Shown: piece by piece, positions 27,242 to 36,996 of the stretch
Layout: each line of letters starts with the position of its first letter
Numbering within the stretch: position 1 is the first letter of the stretch
Source: Bacillota bacterium
GTDB taxonomy: Bacteria; Bacillota; Clostridia; CAKSNL01; HGM11501
Direction: 5' to 3'
Length of the DNA: 53,869 bases
NCBI GenBank assembly: GCA_030705805.1
Contig: JAUZPY010000002.1
Span: forward strand, 1-53,869
Translations under genes and position numbers: made by a program
Notes under the pieces: generated by a model
Database searches by the model: none
What the model saw: the letters and a program-made list of their open reading frames with translations, nothing else
Told to the model about the DNA's origin: nothing

Positions 27242-28486
27242 TTGGATAAGAGCTTTTCCGATATGCTTTATTTGTTTGGATGCGGGGCCTCGGGCAAAGA
27301 AGAACAGATTCAAGGGCCACTTAATATAAAAGAGATATACTGCCTTTCTTTGCAGCAAGGCATATGGCCTATTGTATATGTGGCAATAAAACCTTATTTA
27401 GAAAAAGCAGATATAAATAAGCAGGATTATATAAATTTACAAAAGCGTTTTGATGGGATCATTGCAAAAAACGTCCGCAAAACAGCCTTTACTGAAGAAA
27501 TAATATTTAAAATGGAAGAACAGGGAATTAAGTGCTGCCTTTTAAAAGGTACGGCAGTAGCTGATTTTTATAAATACCCGGAGACGAGAATATCCGGAGA
27601 TACAGATATATTTATTAAAAAAGAAAACGAAAAAAAGGCAGTTTTATTACTCCAAGAATGTGGTTATACCGTATTTTCAAGGACAAAAAATCTTCACTGT
27701 TTTGAGGCGGAGCACCCAATAGGAGGGAAGCTTGAAGTTCACGTTGTTTTAAACCCCAAGGATATTGATGATATCTTTTTTAATAAAAAGGTAAGCTATA
27801 CTGAAGACTTTATAATAATGGAAAATGAGATTTCAACACTTGGCGTTAATGACGGACTGCTGTATTTAACTGCCCACTTCATAAAGCACTTTGTTAAAGC
27901 CGGTGCCGGAGTCCGCCAAATTATGGATCTTCTTTTGTATATGAAACATTATCAAGAAAAGATTGATTGGGATAGTTATAATAAACTTATGGAGGAACTA
28001 AATTATAAAAAGTTAATAAACCTCCTTATGGCAATTGGAGTGAAATACTGGGACATGGAATTTGAAGGAATCATTGGGGATGAGCCTTTGATTGATGACC
28101 TTTTGAATGATATTAAAGCCGGGGGGATTTTTGGGGGAAGGGAAGAGGGGAGACATAAAGTTTACATAGAAATTTCTAAGCAAAAATCAAAACTTACAGA
28201 AGAACAATTTAGCAAATATAGAAGAAAGCATATGGGAATTACTTTATGTGAAAAATTTATTCCTTCAAAAGATAGAATGGAGAAGCGTTATAATTTTGTA
28301 AAAAAGCATGGCATCCTTTTACCGGTTGCCCATATAATGCGCTGGGCTAGTTTAATAGCAAAAATTATTACACGGAAGAAATCCATAAAAGAATATTTTT
28401 CGGAGGAGGAGAATTCGAAATTCAGTCCTGCTTTGGAAACTCGTATGAAGCTTATAGAAAATCTGGGGATTATCGGCCATCAATAA
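27242..28486 (+). CDS. Uncharacterised nucleotidyltransferase family protein (NTP_transf_5-like)
   Basis: LLKGTAVADFYKYPETRISGDTDIFI ... LEVHV pattern. TTG start after GGAGAGAGGGG. Confidence 0.6.
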   Translation: MDKSFSDMLYLFGCGASGKEEQIQGPLNIKEIYCLSLQQGIWPIVYVAIKPYLEKADINKQDYINLQKRFDGIIAKNVRKTAFTEEIIFKMEEQGIKCCLLKGTAVADFYKYPETRISGDTDIFIKKENEKKAVLLLQECGYTVFSRTKNLHCFEAEHPIGGKLEVHVVLNPKDIDDIFFNKKVSYTEDFIIMENEISTLGVNDGLLYLTAHFIKHFVKAGAGVRQIMDLLLYMKHYQEKIDWDSYNKLMEELNYKKLINLLMAIGVKYWDMEFEGIIGDEPLIDDLLNDIKAGGIFGGREEGRHKVYIEISKQKSKLTEEQFSKYRRKHMGITLCEKFIPSKDRMEKRYNFVKKHGILLPVAHIMRWASLIAKIITRKKSIKEYFSEEENSKFSPALETRMKLIENLGIIGHQ

Positions 28487-28602
28487 ATTTTACTAAAAAC
28501 AACAAATAAGCAAAGAAACCGTGCTTTAATGATTAAAAAATTAAGGAACCTGCTTATGATGTGATGTATAATAGGTTCAACAGATAATAAGGAGGACTAT
28601 AT

Positions 28603-29991
28603 ATGAAACATTATGGCAATAGAGTAGAGGATCTGAAAATTGCATATATAGGGGGAGGATCAAGAGGCTGGGCATGGGGTCTTATGAGTGATCTTGCTTC
28701 TTGTGAAACCTTAAGTGGCGGGGTATATCTTTACGATATTGATTTTCAGGCAGCGAAGAACAATGAAATAATAGGAAATAAATTCAATGGTGCAGAAGGG
28801 GCAAACACCACTTGGAGCTATAAGGCTGTAAACACGATAGACGAGGCTCTTTCCAGTGCGGACTTTGTTATTATTTCTATTCTTCCCGGTACCTTTGATG
28901 AAATGGAATCAGACGTACATACACCTGAAAAATATGGAATATATCAGCCGGTCGGAGATACAACAGGCCCTGGCGGTGTAATCAGAGCTCTTCGTACAAT
29001 CCCTATGTATGAAGTAATCGCAAAAGCAATTGAAAAGAACTGTCCCGACGCCTGGGTAATTAATTATACAAATCCCATGGCTGCGTGTGTTAATACTTTG
29101 TATCAGGTATTTCCTAAAATTAAAGCCTTTGGCTGCTGCCACGAAGTATTTGGGACTCAATCTTTGCTTATAAAAGCCTTAAAGGATATTAGGGGTATTG
29201 AGGATGCAGAAAGAAAAGATATAATTATAAATGTAGTAGGTGTAAATCACTTTACCTGGCTTACAGAAGCTCATTTCAGAAATATGGACTTATTCCCGTT
29301 ATATCGTGAATTTTGTGAAAAGCATAAGGAAACGGGCTTTGGTGAAAAGTCTGATACAAATTGGATAAATAAACAATTCCAAACAACAGATAAGGTTAAA
29401 ATGGATTTATTTTTAAGATATGGCTATATGGCAGCAGCAGGCGACAGGCATTTAGCGGAATTCTGCGAAGGCAGCTGGTATGCAAAGGATCCTGAAACCG
29501 TTGAAAAGTGGTGCTTTGGGCTTACTTCTGTTAAGTGGAGAAAACAGGATCTTGAAGGCAGACTTGCACGCAGTGCAAGAATAATTTCCGGAGAAGAAGC
29601 TTGTACTATAAGAAAAACAGGAGAAGAAGGAGTGCATCAGATGAAAGCCCTCCTTGGACTGGAATCTTTAGTAACTAACGTCAATACACCTAACAGAGGT
29701 CAGATTCCGAATCTTCCTTTAGGAGTTGTAGTTGAAACAAACGCAGCTTTTAGAACGGATTCAGTTAGACCGTTATACGCAGGAGAGCTTCCAAAAGAAA
29801 TTTATCCTTTAATTGCAAGAAATGCGGGAGCACAGCAGCTTATTGTTGAGGCAGCATTAACGAGAAACCTTGATTTGGCTTTTGATGCTTTTGTTCATGA
29901 CCCATTGGTAACAATTTCTCATGGTGATGCCAAGGCATTATTTGATGAAATGATAGAAAATACTAAGAGATATTTAACGATGTATTATTAA
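28603..29991 (+). CDS. Glycoside hydrolase family 4 (LplD-like alpha-galacturonidase / alpha-glucosidase type)
   Basis: N-terminal KIAYIGGGSRGWAWGLMSDL NAD-binding start, and CHEV around the catalytic region. Confidence 0.75.
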   Translation: MKHYGNRVEDLKIAYIGGGSRGWAWGLMSDLASCETLSGGVYLYDIDFQAAKNNEIIGNKFNGAEGANTTWSYKAVNTIDEALSSADFVIISILPGTFDEMESDVHTPEKYGIYQPVGDTTGPGGVIRALRTIPMYEVIAKAIEKNCPDAWVINYTNPMAACVNTLYQVFPKIKAFGCCHEVFGTQSLLIKALKDIRGIEDAERKDIIINVVGVNHFTWLTEAHFRNMDLFPLYREFCEKHKETGFGEKSDTNWINKQFQTTDKVKMDLFLRYGYMAAAGDRHLAEFCEGSWYAKDPETVEKWCFGLTSVKWRKQDLEGRLARSARIISGEEACTIRKTGEEGVHQMKALLGLESLVTNVNTPNRGQIPNLPLGVVVETNAAFRTDSVRPLYAGELPKEIYPLIARNAGAQQLIVEAALTRNLDLAFDAFVHDPLVTISHGDAKALFDEMIENTKRYLTMYY

Positions 29992-30030
29992 TTGCATTAG
30001 CAGTCAAAAAGGAATAGAAAAAAGTGAATT

Positions 30031-30075
30031 CACCTCCCATGACAGATATTCTGCCATAGGAGGTGCTTTTCGTTT
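30031..30075 (+). terminator. Terminator after the GH4 gene
   Basis: Stem CACCTCCCATG / CATAGGAGGTG followed by CTTTTCGTTT. Confidence 0.6.
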
Positions 30076-30239
30076 AATGTCCGGTTTTAGTGGTATGCCC
30101 AAAATTAGAGGAATAGCTATAGGACGGATACTTATTAATTATTACAAATATATTTTTTTTCAAAAGCTATTGACAATTAATCCCTTGTACTGTATTATCT
30201 ATAGTAGTACAGATAGTACACTTGAAAGAGGCGAGTAAT

Positions 30240-31355
30240 ATGGGCTACGATAAGATTATCGGCACGCTTCCGGATCCGTTTATGCGAAAAGACGGAACGA
30301 GAGTAAAGGACCTGTCTGAATGGAAAAGCCAAAGAGAAGTATTACTAAAACAAGTAATTGATTTAGAATACGATGGAATGCCTCCAAAACCAGAATTTGT
30401 CAAGGTTGTCCCATTAAGCCTGGAAGTCAGAGGCTTTACAGACTGGTATAAAATATATGCCGGAACCAAGGATAAACAGATTAGCTTTCTGCTTGAACTT
30501 AATGTTCCCAGAAGTAATGCCGAAAAATTTCCGGTAGTTTTAACCGGAGATATGTGTTATCATAATTGCGAAGAAGAGGTAATTAATGAAGGGAATAGAA
30601 GAGGCTACATAGTTGCACGGTTTAACCGTCTTGAAATTGCACCTGATATGTTTTTAGACCCGGAAGTTATGAATGACCGTAACGAAGGCATTTACTTATT
30701 ATATCCCGAGGGCAATTTTAGCGCTATATCTGCTTGGGCATGGGGCTATCAAGTTGTTATGGATGCATTTAAGCAAATTTCTTATGTTGATGAAACTGAA
30801 GTTGGAATTACAGGACATTCAAGAGGCGGGAAGACCGTTCTTTTAGCAGCGGCAACAGATGAAAGAATTAAATACGTTTGCCCAAACAACAGCGGTACTC
30901 ACGGATGTGCCTGTTACAGGTATCAAACATATGATTATGGTCCAAATAACACCAGGAGTGAGCATATAGAAGATATGTTCAGAGCATTTCCTTACTGGAT
31001 GGGAAAGGGTCTGAAAAAGTACATAGATAAAGAAGAAGAGCTTCCTCATGATATGCATTTTTTAGGGGCGTTAATAGCTCCCAGATATTATTTACAGTGT
31101 GAGGGGATGCAAGACTATTGGATTAATCCAAAGGGAAGCTGGCAGACCTTTATGGCTGTAAAGGATATATATAGGCATTTAGGCTGTGAGGACAATGCAG
31201 CTGCATGGTTTAGACCAGGATTCCATAGACATAATCTTCCTGACTTTTCGATGTTTATGGATTTTATGGACTCAAAAAGGAATAACAAGCCCTTGCCTGA
31301 ACACTTAGCTATAAATCCTTATCCTGATATGGAGAAGGCATATAGCTGGAGGTGA
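30240..31355 (+). CDS. CE15-like glucuronoyl esterase family alpha/beta hydrolase (no signal peptide)
   Basis: LPDPFMRKDGTRV...W..QREV N-terminal pattern and a GHSRGGKT nucleophile motif. Confidence 0.65.
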   Translation: MGYDKIIGTLPDPFMRKDGTRVKDLSEWKSQREVLLKQVIDLEYDGMPPKPEFVKVVPLSLEVRGFTDWYKIYAGTKDKQISFLLELNVPRSNAEKFPVVLTGDMCYHNCEEEVINEGNRRGYIVARFNRLEIAPDMFLDPEVMNDRNEGIYLLYPEGNFSAISAWAWGYQVVMDAFKQISYVDETEVGITGHSRGGKTVLLAAATDERIKYVCPNNSGTHGCACYRYQTYDYGPNNTRSEHIEDMFRAFPYWMGKGLKKYIDKEEELPHDMHFLGALIAPRYYLQCEGMQDYWINPKGSWQTFMAVKDIYRHLGCEDNAAAWFRPGFHRHNLPDFSMFMDFMDSKRNNKPLPEHLAINPYPDMEKAYSWR

Positions 31356-31528
31356 GCAAAGTATAATATAACAATAAAGAACGTATATTTAGAGGAAGGT
31401 ACTTCCTCCGTATAAAATAGGCGGAGGTTTGATAAAGGAAAAAAATTTAAAGCTTATAAATATCAGCACAGAAAAAATTTAATAAACACCTATTGATCTT
31501 TTTGCTTATAAATGAAAGGAGAAAAATT

Positions 31529-33598
31529 ATGAAAAAAATATTAGCTATGATACTTGTTATTTCTATGATAGGAACCTTTTCCTGCTTTTCTTTTGCAGAG
31601 CAAAACACAGAAAAGCTGCAATCAGTTCTGGCTTTAGTTAAAGGTAGGATTGGAAGCACCGATGAATATACTCAATTTGAGAGCTCATACAACTCTTATG
31701 ACGGAATTGAAAGCTATAGTTTTAATTGGAGCAACAATGCTGATGGCGCATATAGTAATCTGAATGTTTCTGCAAATGGAGAGGGCATAATCACAAATTA
31801 TTCCCGCTACAGCTCTAACGATTATCAGACAAATAGAAAGCCAAGCGTTAATAAAATGACTGCTGACGAAGCACTTAAAAAGACTCATGAACTTATAAAT
31901 AAGCTGAATCCCGACCTTAAGGATAAAGTAAAACTTGAAAATAGTGTGGATTCAGAAAGCCTTTATAACGACGGGTTTAATTTTCAAATCCAAAGATATG
32001 AAAATGGCATACCTGTAAGTAATGACAGAGGCTTCGTATCAGTAAGCAATGATGCAACAAAAATAATGGATTATTCTATTCAATATACTGAAGGCCTTAA
32101 GTTTGATAAAACCGAAGGCGTTATCAGTAAAGATGCTGCAAAAAAAGCTTTTGATGCAAAAATAGGAATAAAAGCATCTTGGTATACGGAATATAAAGAT
32201 AAAACCAGAACAGTTTACCCTGCATATATGCCGAATGAAACCAATCGGGTATATATTAATGCATTAACAGGCGAAAAAGTTGAGATGCCTGACACTATTC
32301 ATCCTTATTATGCCAAAGGTGACAGAATGACTAAAGAAGCAGCTTCTATGGATTCCGGTGGCTTTACAGGTGCAGAATTGTCAGAAATAGATAATGTATC
32401 CGGGTTACTTTCTAAGGATGAAATAATAAAATTATTAAAAGAGAATAAAACCTTAGAGTATCCGAAAGATTTGGAATTAAACTCTTTTAGAACTTATAAA
32501 GACTATTATGCAAAAGATTTATATTATACCGCGTTAAGCTTTGCAAATGATCCGAAGGATGGAAAAGATGATTATAAATATACTGAATATGAAGTTAACA
32601 GTAAAACAGGTGAAATAATTCGTTATTATACAAGTTATAACGAAAGAGACATTGAAAAATTCAATGCAGAAAAAGCAAAGAAAAGCGCTGATAAGGCATT
32701 GACCGAGCTCGCAAAGGATAAGGCCAAAGAATTTAGCGAAGGTGTAAACCAATACGGTAACAATTTTGTATACACAAGAAATGTTCAAAACCTTCCATAC
32801 CCAGATAATTGCATAACAATAGGTATTTCAAATGAAGGAAAAGTTATTGGTTATAACGTTGATTACTCGGATATTACCTTCCCTTCTGTAGAAAAAATAA
32901 TATCTAAGGAAGAAGCCTCAAAAAAGCTTTTTGAGCAGGTTGACTATAATCTTATGTACATACCTACCAAGAGTGATGAAAAATTGAAACGTAATGATAA
33001 AGCTATAATTGTATATGCCTTTGATGAAGATAAAACTTCAAAAATTGATGCATTTACCGGTAAGCTTTTAGGTTATGACAGTCAGGAATATAAGGAAGAA
33101 GTTAAAGAATATACCGATATTGAGGGACATTATGCCGCGGAGCAAATCAAAACCTTGTTCCGCTTTGGAATTAAATTTGACGGAGATAAATTTAAGCCTG
33201 ACGAAGTCATTACTCAGCAGGAATATTTATCACTGCTTATAGCAGCATTTATGCCCGGAGAGATGGTTACTATAAAAAGGGCAGATAAGCCGGATGATTT
33301 ATATACAAAAGCAAAGAATTACGGGCTTATCAAGGATGGAGAAATAGCTCCCGACAGTTCGGTTACAAGAGCAGATGCCGCAAAGTTTATGATTCGTGCT
33401 ATGGGTATTGAAGAATATGCCCAGCTTTCAAATATTTATGTATGTCCTTTTAAAGATGTAACTAAACTTATAGGACAGATTAGTATTTTAGGAGCGATGG
33501 GTATATTTAAAGGCGACAGTGAAGGCAATTTTAATCCCGACAAAAATCTTACAAGAGCAGATTCTGCAATAGTAATTTATAATTTCTTATCACGCTAA
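31529..33598 (+). CDS. Secreted SLH-domain cell-wall protein
   Basis: AAAGGAG RBS, then ATG 31529. Signal peptide MKKILAMILVISMIGTFSCFSFA. Three C-terminal SLH repeats (...FKGDSEGNFNPDKNLTRADSA...). Confidence 0.8.
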   Translation: MKKILAMILVISMIGTFSCFSFAEQNTEKLQSVLALVKGRIGSTDEYTQFESSYNSYDGIESYSFNWSNNADGAYSNLNVSANGEGIITNYSRYSSNDYQTNRKPSVNKMTADEALKKTHELINKLNPDLKDKVKLENSVDSESLYNDGFNFQIQRYENGIPVSNDRGFVSVSNDATKIMDYSIQYTEGLKFDKTEGVISKDAAKKAFDAKIGIKASWYTEYKDKTRTVYPAYMPNETNRVYINALTGEKVEMPDTIHPYYAKGDRMTKEAASMDSGGFTGAELSEIDNVSGLLSKDEIIKLLKENKTLEYPKDLELNSFRTYKDYYAKDLYYTALSFANDPKDGKDDYKYTEYEVNSKTGEIIRYYTSYNERDIEKFNAEKAKKSADKALTELAKDKAKEFSEGVNQYGNNFVYTRNVQNLPYPDNCITIGISNEGKVIGYNVDYSDITFPSVEKIISKEEASKKLFEQVDYNLMYIPTKSDEKLKRNDKAIIVYAFDEDKTSKIDAFTGKLLGYDSQEYKEEVKEYTDIEGHYAAEQIKTLFRFGIKFDGDKFKPDEVITQQEYLSLLIAAFMPGEMVTIKRADKPDDLYTKAKNYGLIKDGEIAPDSSVTRADAAKFMIRAMGIEEYAQLSNIYVCPFKDVTKLIGQISILGAMGIFKGDSEGNFNPDKNLTRADSAIVIYNFLSR

Positions 33599-33605
33599 AA
33601 AAAGT

Positions 33606-33640
33606 AGTGGGGGGAAGCACTTATAAGTGCTTCCCCCACT
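33606..33640 (+). terminator. Strong GC hairpin after the SLH gene (weak T-tract)
   Basis: Stem AGTGGGGGGAAGCAC / GTGCTTCCCCCACT. It is immediately followed by a TTGACA -35 box for the next gene. Confidence 0.5.
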
Positions 33641-33718
33641 ATTGACAAATGATAAAGTTTTGTTATATAATTACATATAATAGTATTATTATCAGAATTT
33701 TTCAAAGGAGTGATATGG

Positions 33719-35710
33719 ATGAAGAAAGTCATGTCTTTAATACTTGCAACTATGCTGGGGTTCGGGACGGTAACAGCTCAGGCAGCAATTGAATTTAAAG
33801 AAGGAGATATTATCAACTTTTTTAAAAACAGTTCATCTGTTCCGGCAGAAGTAAATAAAACAGTTCCTACTGACATAGAAGTTAAGAATGTTGACGATAC
33901 AGCTTATGAGGACGGTCCTATTACAGTAAGGAAGAGAAATTCTGAAGATTTTCCGGTTTTTGACTTCAGAGCAACCATGTATATGGACACTGTTAAGAGT
34001 ACCTTTAGAGGTTATATGCTTTTAGGAAAAAGCATGATTGACAGTGAGATTCAAAAGGCTGTAGACGAAGAAGTTGATAAAAATGTTCAAGCGGCTATTG
34101 ATACATATAAAGCGAATAGCGGAGGAACCGAGCCTGATGCTGCAACAGTAGAGGGCTGGAGAACCGAGGCAAAAGCAGCAGCAGAGAAATATGTTGCTGA
34201 CAACAATATAAAAGAGTCTCTTTATGCAGAACTTGATAACGTGCCTGTTTATGGGCAGTTTAAAGTAAAAGTAAAGTACCCCCTTGGCATAGAGATACCC
34301 GCAGATATGATAAACGGAACTAATCTTTATGGATTTAATACTGAATATGCAAACCTTATATTTAGTGAGAGTGCACCGAGAGAGCATAATGTATATTCTG
34401 ATTATCAGGAATTAGTAGTTACTGTTGATATTGTTGGTACCGAAGGGGATGGAAGACCGGGTTATATTAAGGCTAAAGCGCTTGAAGATAATATTGATAA
34501 TTACCTTCACGATTTAACACTTACGTGCCTTAACGTTGAAACAGGTGAGTATGAACAGTACACCTTAAAGGGCGAGGTAAGCGGTTATACAATAATCGGC
34601 GGAACCAAAGTGGCAGGTTCTGGAGAAATCGGCGGCATTAATGATCGCATTTCTTTAGTTAATTATAGTGCAGTTCAATATAAGGACAGTGACCCTTACA
34701 AAGACAGTGAAACAAATAATCTTGCGGCTACAGTAAAGATTACCCCCAAAACATCCGGCGGAAGCAGCAGCAGTTCAAATGTCACTGTTAATTTCGATAC
34801 CGGTACCGGCTCAGATACCGTAATTCCGACAATTACAAAGGATGGTAAGGTTGTTGTTAATATTGATGCAATTGTAGTCAAAGACAGACCGGGATATATC
34901 TTTGACGGCTGGTATTTGGATAAGAGCTTTACAAAGAAAGCAGTTGGCGAAATAGAGCTTACTAAGAGCACCACTCTTTATGCAAAATGGGTAAATACGG
35001 TCGTACCGGAGGCTCTTGACGCAAGTAATCCTCATAAAGCATATGTTATCGGTTATCCCGATGGAGATATTAAGCCTGAGAATAATATAACCAGAGAAGA
35101 GATTGCAACAATATTCTATCGTTTACTTAAGAAAGATGTCAGAGACAAATTACTTACAGACAAAAATGACTTTACAGATGTTGAAACCGACAGATGGTCT
35201 AACAAAGCTATCTCATCCATGGCTAAGGGTGGCTACATTCAGGGTTATGAAGACGGAACCTTTGGACCTGAAAGACCTATTACAAGAGCAGAGTTTGTTA
35301 CTATTGTGGCAAGGTTTAACAGCGGTATCGGTTTAACTGCTGATAAGTCTAATTTCTCTGATACAAAAGGACACTGGGCAGATAAATATATTGCAATAGC
35401 TACTGCTAATAACTGGGTACTTGGCTATGAGGACAACACCTTTAAACCTGACCAGTACATTACAAGAGCAGAAGCAATGACAATTATTAATAAGATGCTT
35501 GTTCGTTACGTTAATGAAGAAGGACTTTCTAAGAATGCTAAGCAGTGGTCTGATAATAAAGAAAATGCTTGGTACTACTATCAGGTACTTGAGGCAACTA
35601 ACTCACATGGCTACGAGCGTGCAGAGACCCAGTACAATGAAAAATGGACTTCCATAAATGATAATGATATATTAAAAGATAAGTCAAAGTACGAAGATCC
35701 GAATAAATAA
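33719..35710 (+). CDS. Secreted SLH-domain protein with a Listeria/Bacteroides-type repeat (Flg_new-like)
   Basis: AAGGAG, then ATG 33719. Signal peptide ending AQA. The segment VTVNFDTGTGS...PGYIFDGWYLDKSF...LYAKW. Three C-terminal SLH repeats. Confidence 0.8.
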   Translation: MKKVMSLILATMLGFGTVTAQAAIEFKEGDIINFFKNSSSVPAEVNKTVPTDIEVKNVDDTAYEDGPITVRKRNSEDFPVFDFRATMYMDTVKSTFRGYMLLGKSMIDSEIQKAVDEEVDKNVQAAIDTYKANSGGTEPDAATVEGWRTEAKAAAEKYVADNNIKESLYAELDNVPVYGQFKVKVKYPLGIEIPADMINGTNLYGFNTEYANLIFSESAPREHNVYSDYQELVVTVDIVGTEGDGRPGYIKAKALEDNIDNYLHDLTLTCLNVETGEYEQYTLKGEVSGYTIIGGTKVAGSGEIGGINDRISLVNYSAVQYKDSDPYKDSETNNLAATVKITPKTSGGSSSSSNVTVNFDTGTGSDTVIPTITKDGKVVVNIDAIVVKDRPGYIFDGWYLDKSFTKKAVGEIELTKSTTLYAKWVNTVVPEALDASNPHKAYVIGYPDGDIKPENNITREEIATIFYRLLKKDVRDKLLTDKNDFTDVETDRWSNKAISSMAKGGYIQGYEDGTFGPERPITRAEFVTIVARFNSGIGLTADKSNFSDTKGHWADKYIAIATANNWVLGYEDNTFKPDQYITRAEAMTIINKMLVRYVNEEGLSKNAKQWSDNKENAWYYYQVLEATNSHGYERAETQYNEKWTSINDNDILKDKSKYEDPNK

Positions 35711-35740
35711 AATGAATCGGATACAATTAGTGAAATAGCA

Positions 35741-35781
35741 AAAAAGATAGGAGACACATTTTTGTGTCTCCTATCTTTTTT
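35741..35781. terminator. Bidirectional terminator between convergent genes
   Basis: Stem AAAAAGATAGGAGACAC / GTGTCTCCTATCTTTTTT. Confidence 0.8.
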
Positions 35782-35804
35782 ATGTTAAGGATGAAGAATT
35801 ATTT

Positions 35805-36986
35805 TTAATTAAATGGTTCCAAGGTTCTTTCAAGAATTCCGTGTATATACGCAATTAAAGTTCCGTAATTTGTAATGGGAATGTTTTTTTCTATGGCGGT
35901 TTTTAAACGGAAAGAAACTTCCTTCTCATTAAGCATACACGCACCGCAATGTACAATTAAACTGTATTTTGAAAGGTCTAAAGGGAAATCTCCTCCTGAT
36001 GAAAACTCAAAATTAAGTTTTTTATGTGTGTAGCTTGTTATCCATTTTGGAAGCTTTACTGTACCTATGTCTTCACACTGTCTATGGTGAGTGCAGCCTT
36101 CAGAAATTAATATGGTGTCTTCGTCTTTTAAATTGCTAATACTTTTTGCGCCTTCCGCCATAACTTTTAAATTACCCTTATAACGTGAAAATAATATTGA
36201 AAAAGAAGTAAGAGGAATATCCGAGGGTACAATTTCCGACACCTTTTTAAAAGCTTGACTGTCAGTAATCACCATGCGAGGCTTTTTGGACAACCCCTCA
36301 AGAGCAGATGAAAGCTCTGTTTCTTTAGTAACAAGAGCTAATGCGCCTGCTTCGAGTATATCACGGATAGTTTGCTGTTGGGGAAGTATTAACCTCCCTT
36401 TTGGAGCAGAGGAATCTATAGGCACTACCAAAACTACAATATCTTGAGGTTTTAACAAGTCTTTAATAAGTCTTTTGCTATCGTCCGGGTTTATAAGCGA
36501 CCCTATCAATTCTTTAAGGTAAGTGATATTTTTGCCTGTTTTGGAGCTGACACAAATATCATGTTCATATTCTAAGTTGGCGCTATTTGATGTGGTATCA
36601 AGTTTATTTCTAACCACTATAAAAGGTATTCTTTTTAGTTTTATTATATCAATTAAGCTCTTTTCAAAACTGCCTATTCCTTGGTTTATATCTACACAAA
36701 TAATAGCGATATCCGTTTTATTTAGAACCTGATATGCTTTTTCTGTTCTCATTTTCCCTAAAAAAGTATCGTCATCAAGCCCTGCGGTATCTATAAACAT
36801 TACAGGACCTAACGGAAGTATTTCCATTGCTTTATAAATAGGATCTGTAGTTGTGCCTGAAACCTCAGACACAATAGCAAGGTTTTGCCCTGTAATAGCA
36901 TTTAATAAGCTTGATTTACCCGAATTTGTTCTTCCAAAAATTCCGATATGAGTTCTTTCGGATGACGGAGTATTATTAAGTCCCAT
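35805..36986 (-). CDS. hydF: [FeFe]-hydrogenase maturation GTPase HydF
   Basis: GTPase motifs GRTNSGKSS and DTAG. C-terminal cluster ligands EGCTHH ... HCGAC. Confidence 0.9.
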   Translation of the reverse strand: MGLNNTPSSERTHIGIFGRTNSGKSSLLNAITGQNLAIVSEVSGTTTDPIYKAMEILPLGPVMFIDTAGLDDDTFLGKMRTEKAYQVLNKTDIAIICVDINQGIGSFEKSLIDIIKLKRIPFIVVRNKLDTTSNSANLEYEHDICVSSKTGKNITYLKELIGSLINPDDSKRLIKDLLKPQDIVVLVVPIDSSAPKGRLILPQQQTIRDILEAGALALVTKETELSSALEGLSKKPRMVITDSQAFKKVSEIVPSDIPLTSFSILFSRYKGNLKVMAEGAKSISNLKDEDTILISEGCTHHRQCEDIGTVKLPKWITSYTHKKLNFEFSSGGDFPLDLSKYSLIVHCGACMLNEKEVSFRLKTAIEKNIPITNYGTLIAYIHGILERTLEPFN

Positions 36987-36996
36987 GTTGTTCCCC

